A stretch of 63,794 nucleotides of DNA, the filler included, from Globobulimina sp. (Eukaryota): NCBI GenBank assembly GCA_003354225.1. It is 56 parts of 56 records of this genome, joined end to end, with 100 filler letters (N's around TTAATTAATTAA, not from the genome) between each part and the next. Parts side by side here need not be neighbours in the genome. Positions count along the whole stretch, not along the records: positions 60,475 to 61,514 come from PIVH01025093.1; positions 61,615 to 62,654 come from PIVH01025094.1; positions 62,755 to 63,794 come from PIVH01025095.1; 53 more parts are not named here. One strand, given 5' to 3'. Positions 60,475 to 63,794 of the stretch are shown here, one piece after another. The stretch's first letter is position 1; each line of letters opens with the position of its first letter. A program made the position numbers and the translations under genes. The notes under the pieces are model-generated. The model ran no database searches, had not been told where the DNA came from, and worked only from the letters and a program-made list of their open reading frames with translations.

Positions 60475-61514
60475 GCTGGATACGGCACATCGATCCATGT
60501 GTTTTTATGAAAATCATATATTTCCATACTATTTGAAATATCAAATTCCTCATTGGCATGAAGACTAAGACTGCTATCAATATACGCGTAGGAATTTGTA
60601 CTGCCATAATTGCCACCAAACACAATCATTTCCTGCGCACTCTCATTATAATAAGAACCACATTCCTTTCGTCCATGGTTCAAATTCTTGATTGCCATAT
60701 TTTGTGGATCGTTTTCATTCAAATCATACAATTCAACATAATCAACAACAGACGGATTGAATGCTTGGTAGCTCATCAGATTGCTACCACTGCCACCACG
60801 GTAACCCATTCTTGTTGGATGTTTGCTTTCTGCCACGGTATAAATCTCACCACCAAGCAATGCTAATTTTGAATTTGTAACAGCACACAAAGACATGTAG
60901 CCTATGTACAGTATTGTGCATGGATATAATTATATAAATAGTAACATATAAAATACCTCTTTCGTATATCATTGGATGAGTACGTTTCCACGAAGTATGC
61001 ATTGGAGCCACGTGGGTTGCAACGCCACGAGGACTCTCACGATCTGCGGCTGTCATCATTGAGCTGAAATGCAATTGATTGGCAGTTGGACTATCTGTTG
61101 CTGGTAAATAATATGTGGATATGTGTAATATATGTAAATGTATGGATAAATTACTTGATATGTATATGGGTGCACTGCGTAGCTTCTTTGCATATGGTGT
61201 CACTTTCGCGCATGCAGCGGCTTGCTCTGTTCGATGTGTTTTTGATTGTTTGATATTTGCACTTAATTTGTTGTGTAAATCAAAGGTATATACATGTTTT
61301 TGTGCCATATAAAAAGGGCTATCATATATATGCGCAAAAGTATCCTTTTCAATGCCACCAAAATTTAATAACTTTTTATTATTGGTATCGACATATTGCA
61401 CCACACCGCCTAAGCTTTTATTGGCAAACGTATCATTGGGCGGTTTTGACTTATTGCCATATTCAAAATGGCCTATTTGCTGTACATTGGCAGTCACATC
61501 GGTGGCGTATGGAT
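60475..61514 (-). CDS. Kelch-like repeat protein, intron 60902-60956 (possible second intron 61101-61154)
   Basis: LLNFGG, MIYER|GYMSLC..ALLGG..VELYDL, IVFGG..MEIYDFHKNTW. Confidence 0.75.
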
Positions 61515-61614
61515 NNNNNNNNNNNNNNNNNNNNNNNNNNNNNNNNNNNNNNNNNNNNTTAATTAATTAANNNNNNNNNNNNNNNNNNNNNNNNNNNNNN
61601 NNNNNNNNNNNNNN

Positions 61615-61683
61615 GTGCGTACTCGCATCGCCACGTAACTCGTGGATTTCGGTGTTTGAGATTCTTGCTTCAAGGGGTGGCAT
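61615..61683 (-). CDS. Start of the next prokaryotic/phage ORF
   Basis: AAGGAG Shine-Dalgarno upstream of ATG, overlapping the previous stop. Confidence 0.5.
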
Positions 61684-61695
61684 GGTATCGCTCCT

Positions 61696-62637
61696 TTAGA
61701 GGATGTCACCGTCAAGTGTTATATCCCCGAATTGCATGGCCCTTGAAATATACACAGTCTCGTCATCCGGTGCGTCTGGACCAAGTTTTGTCGGGCTGCT
61801 GGTTTCTTGGTCCATAAGAATCGCCGCTGGAAGCAACTCTTGGAATCGTTTCGTATGAATCCCTTCGATACCATCATGCAATCGTTCCGCCGAGGCGTGA
61901 CACGCTTCCATAATCAGTTGTGATAATCTCTCTCCACCAACCGGGTATTTATTCGTTGCGTCAATCGGAATAGGGCGAATAGTCATCTTTGCGGAAAGAA
62001 TGTAAGCGTCGTCGGGTGTCGGATAGAACGCTATTCTCCGCCTTGAACCGACCGTTGGGTCGAACTCTACAGTCCTGATAGAGAAGAACACTGGCCGACT
62101 TGTATAGTTAGCGTCCTGTAATCTCAACCGAATCTCAGTGTCATGCCGAAATTCAACAGGTGGATAGAAGTCCGACTGTCCGGCTTTATAGGTTAATTTC
62201 CCCTTAATAGCCTCAAACCCCGTAGGCAAGTCGTACTCGAATCGACTCAGTTCGTAGGTGGAAAAGGCATCGGCGTCAACCGACGTGTCTACCAGCGTTA
62301 CATGCGTATCGTCAGTTCGGATACTTACTTCGTAATATGTTTCATCAACATTAATGACGCCGGAAGCGGCCCATGCTGGGAAGATGCCATCTGTCAGGGT
62401 TACTACGCCACTGGCTATTTCCACTGTACCCGTGGAATAGGGGGCCGAAGTAGTGATAGGCTCAATCGGATGAAAGAAACTCCAGTCATACGCCGAGTAA
62501 ACGTCCCGCAACCCGTCATTTATTGCGTTCTCAATGTCGGTTGTCTGGTCCGCGCTGAACCCCGAGCGGATGCCGAACACATGATGCCCAACCCGTTCCA
62601 GGAGTATCGCGTAATTAACGTATTGATATTCTGTCAT
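61696..62637 (-). CDS. Probable phage head-tail adaptor / tail tubular-like protein, complete
   Basis: AINDGLRDVY..YDWSF, YSTGTV, EYDLPTGF, IAFYPTPDDAY; ~50% GC, intronless, tight gene packing. Confidence 0.55.
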   Translation of the reverse strand: MTEYQYVNYAILLERVGHHVFGIRSGFSADQTTDIENAINDGLRDVYSAYDWSFFHPIEPITTSAPYSTGTVEIASGVVTLTDGIFPAWAASGVINVDETYYEVSIRTDDTHVTLVDTSVDADAFSTYELSRFEYDLPTGFEAIKGKLTYKAGQSDFYPPVEFRHDTEIRLRLQDANYTSRPVFFSIRTVEFDPTVGSRRRIAFYPTPDDAYILSAKMTIRPIPIDATNKYPVGGERLSQLIMEACHASAERLHDGIEGIHTKRFQELLPAAILMDQETSSPTKLGPDAPDDETVYISRAMQFGDITLDGDIL

Positions 62638-62754
62638 GGCCTAAATCCCCGCAANNNNNNNNNNNNNNNNNNNNNNNNNNNNNNNNNNNNNNNNNNNNTT
62701 AATTAATTAANNNNNNNNNNNNNNNNNNNNNNNNNNNNNNNNNNNNNNNNNNNN

Positions 62755-63587
62755 TTATGATTTAATGTTATATTGTTCCATAATAATGTAAAATGTTCAA
62801 TTCTCTTTAATCCAGGACCGGTAGCAAAACGTCCCCAGCATCCCTTTACAATGTCGTCATGCACATAATATTTAATTTTATTCTTACCGTAACCAAATAA
62901 ATTAGTTTCATATATATTTGACATATCACTGCCTTCAATACGGGACACATCAAACCCTCCGCAGAATGAATATGCACCCAAATATGGCTCAAAATATTGT
63001 AAATTTCGTAAGAAAAACATTGATATTGGTTTATGTAAATACTTTTGATTGTAATTACTCTTCAAAATTGCTAAAGAATCCTCAATAAAACCACGTTTGT
63101 AAAATTTCCAATCATCTTCGCACATCATCACATATTCAACATTGATATATTGTGGATTGTTTATAATATGCTTAAATATTGCTTCTTTTATTGATAATAA
63201 AATTCTATACTCACTGTTGGAATATATATTTGTTCGCGGCGTTGTTGTATGAACAAATCTGTAATTTGGGAATTTTAAAGAAATTGCATGTAATCCAATG
63301 TCATCATTACAATCATCAATAACCAGCTTTGTAATAATATGTTTATAGGTATTGTATTTTTCAAATGAAACAATGGTAATTTCTAATTCATCAAAACGTC
63401 CACAACTTGTTATAATTAATGCAATTTCATCATTGAATGTATCTGTATTGAATTGTTGATTAATTATCTTATTTACAATGGTTTTATCAAATGTCATGAA
63501 AAGGACATTTATAACCAATACAACACATGCTGTAATGCAACAAATTACGACTGCTACTTTATATTGTACTCTCTCTGTTATTTCCAT
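62755..63587 (-). CDS. GT-A fold glycosyltransferase with N-terminal TM (3' partial)
   Basis: IITSCGRFDELEITIVSF, VIDD, YVMMCEDDWKFYKRGFIEDSLAILK. Confidence 0.75.
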
Positions 63588-63794
63588 TCTTCTTTTCAAG
63601 ATCAAAAACAAAAACTTTGCAACTACGAAATTAATGAACTACGCGTTACTGATGTTCCTTTGGTGAGTTTGTGGCTTATATTTAAAGTACGAGTTGTTCC
63701 GAGATCTCACTGCCGTGTGGAGAATAGAAGTTGCCATTCAACTCAGAGAAAATACGCACACTGCGCAACTGCAACATGCAAATAAGTACGAACA

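Noticed and set aside
1..63794. Gene clusters or operons spanning neighbouring segments (e.g. JMJD5 next to H3)
   Set aside because: Contigs are ordered by length only, so adjacency carries no information.

Overview
This window is not one locus. It is 56 unrelated short contigs (15 x 1042, 24 x 1041, 17 x 1040 bp, sorted by length) joined by an artificial 100-bp spacer (44 N + TTAATTAATTAA + 44 N), so gene order across spacers means nothing. Most contigs come from an AT-rich eukaryote with short GT-AG introns (about 50-120 nt) and the standard genetic code. The gene families (RGS, SAM, SPRY-like, RCC1, Kelch, an expanded ART-like family) resemble what I associate with foraminifera; this is inference. 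Recognisable host genes include JMJD5/KDM8, a divergent histone H3, a DBP2-like helicase, alkaline ceramidase, TM9SF, a CPA2 K+/H+ antiporter, Pumilio and several glycosyltransferases. Mobile elements are a non-LTR RT and a Helitron-type Pif1. Non-host DNA includes a bacterial kinase-AAA gene, a probable phage virion gene, a GC-rich STAS fragment and a few contigs from other eukaryotes. Several contigs are internal chimeras, as expected from whole-genome amplification. I found no complete multi-gene system, and 1-kb contigs could not show one. The best leads are a multi-copy ADP-ribosyltransferase-like family with an altered catalytic triad, an H3 variant lacking K9/S10, K36 and K79, a compact tRNA-like cloverleaf centred on UCA, an RT with a roughly 100-aa in-frame insertion, and several hairpin-centred tandem repeats.
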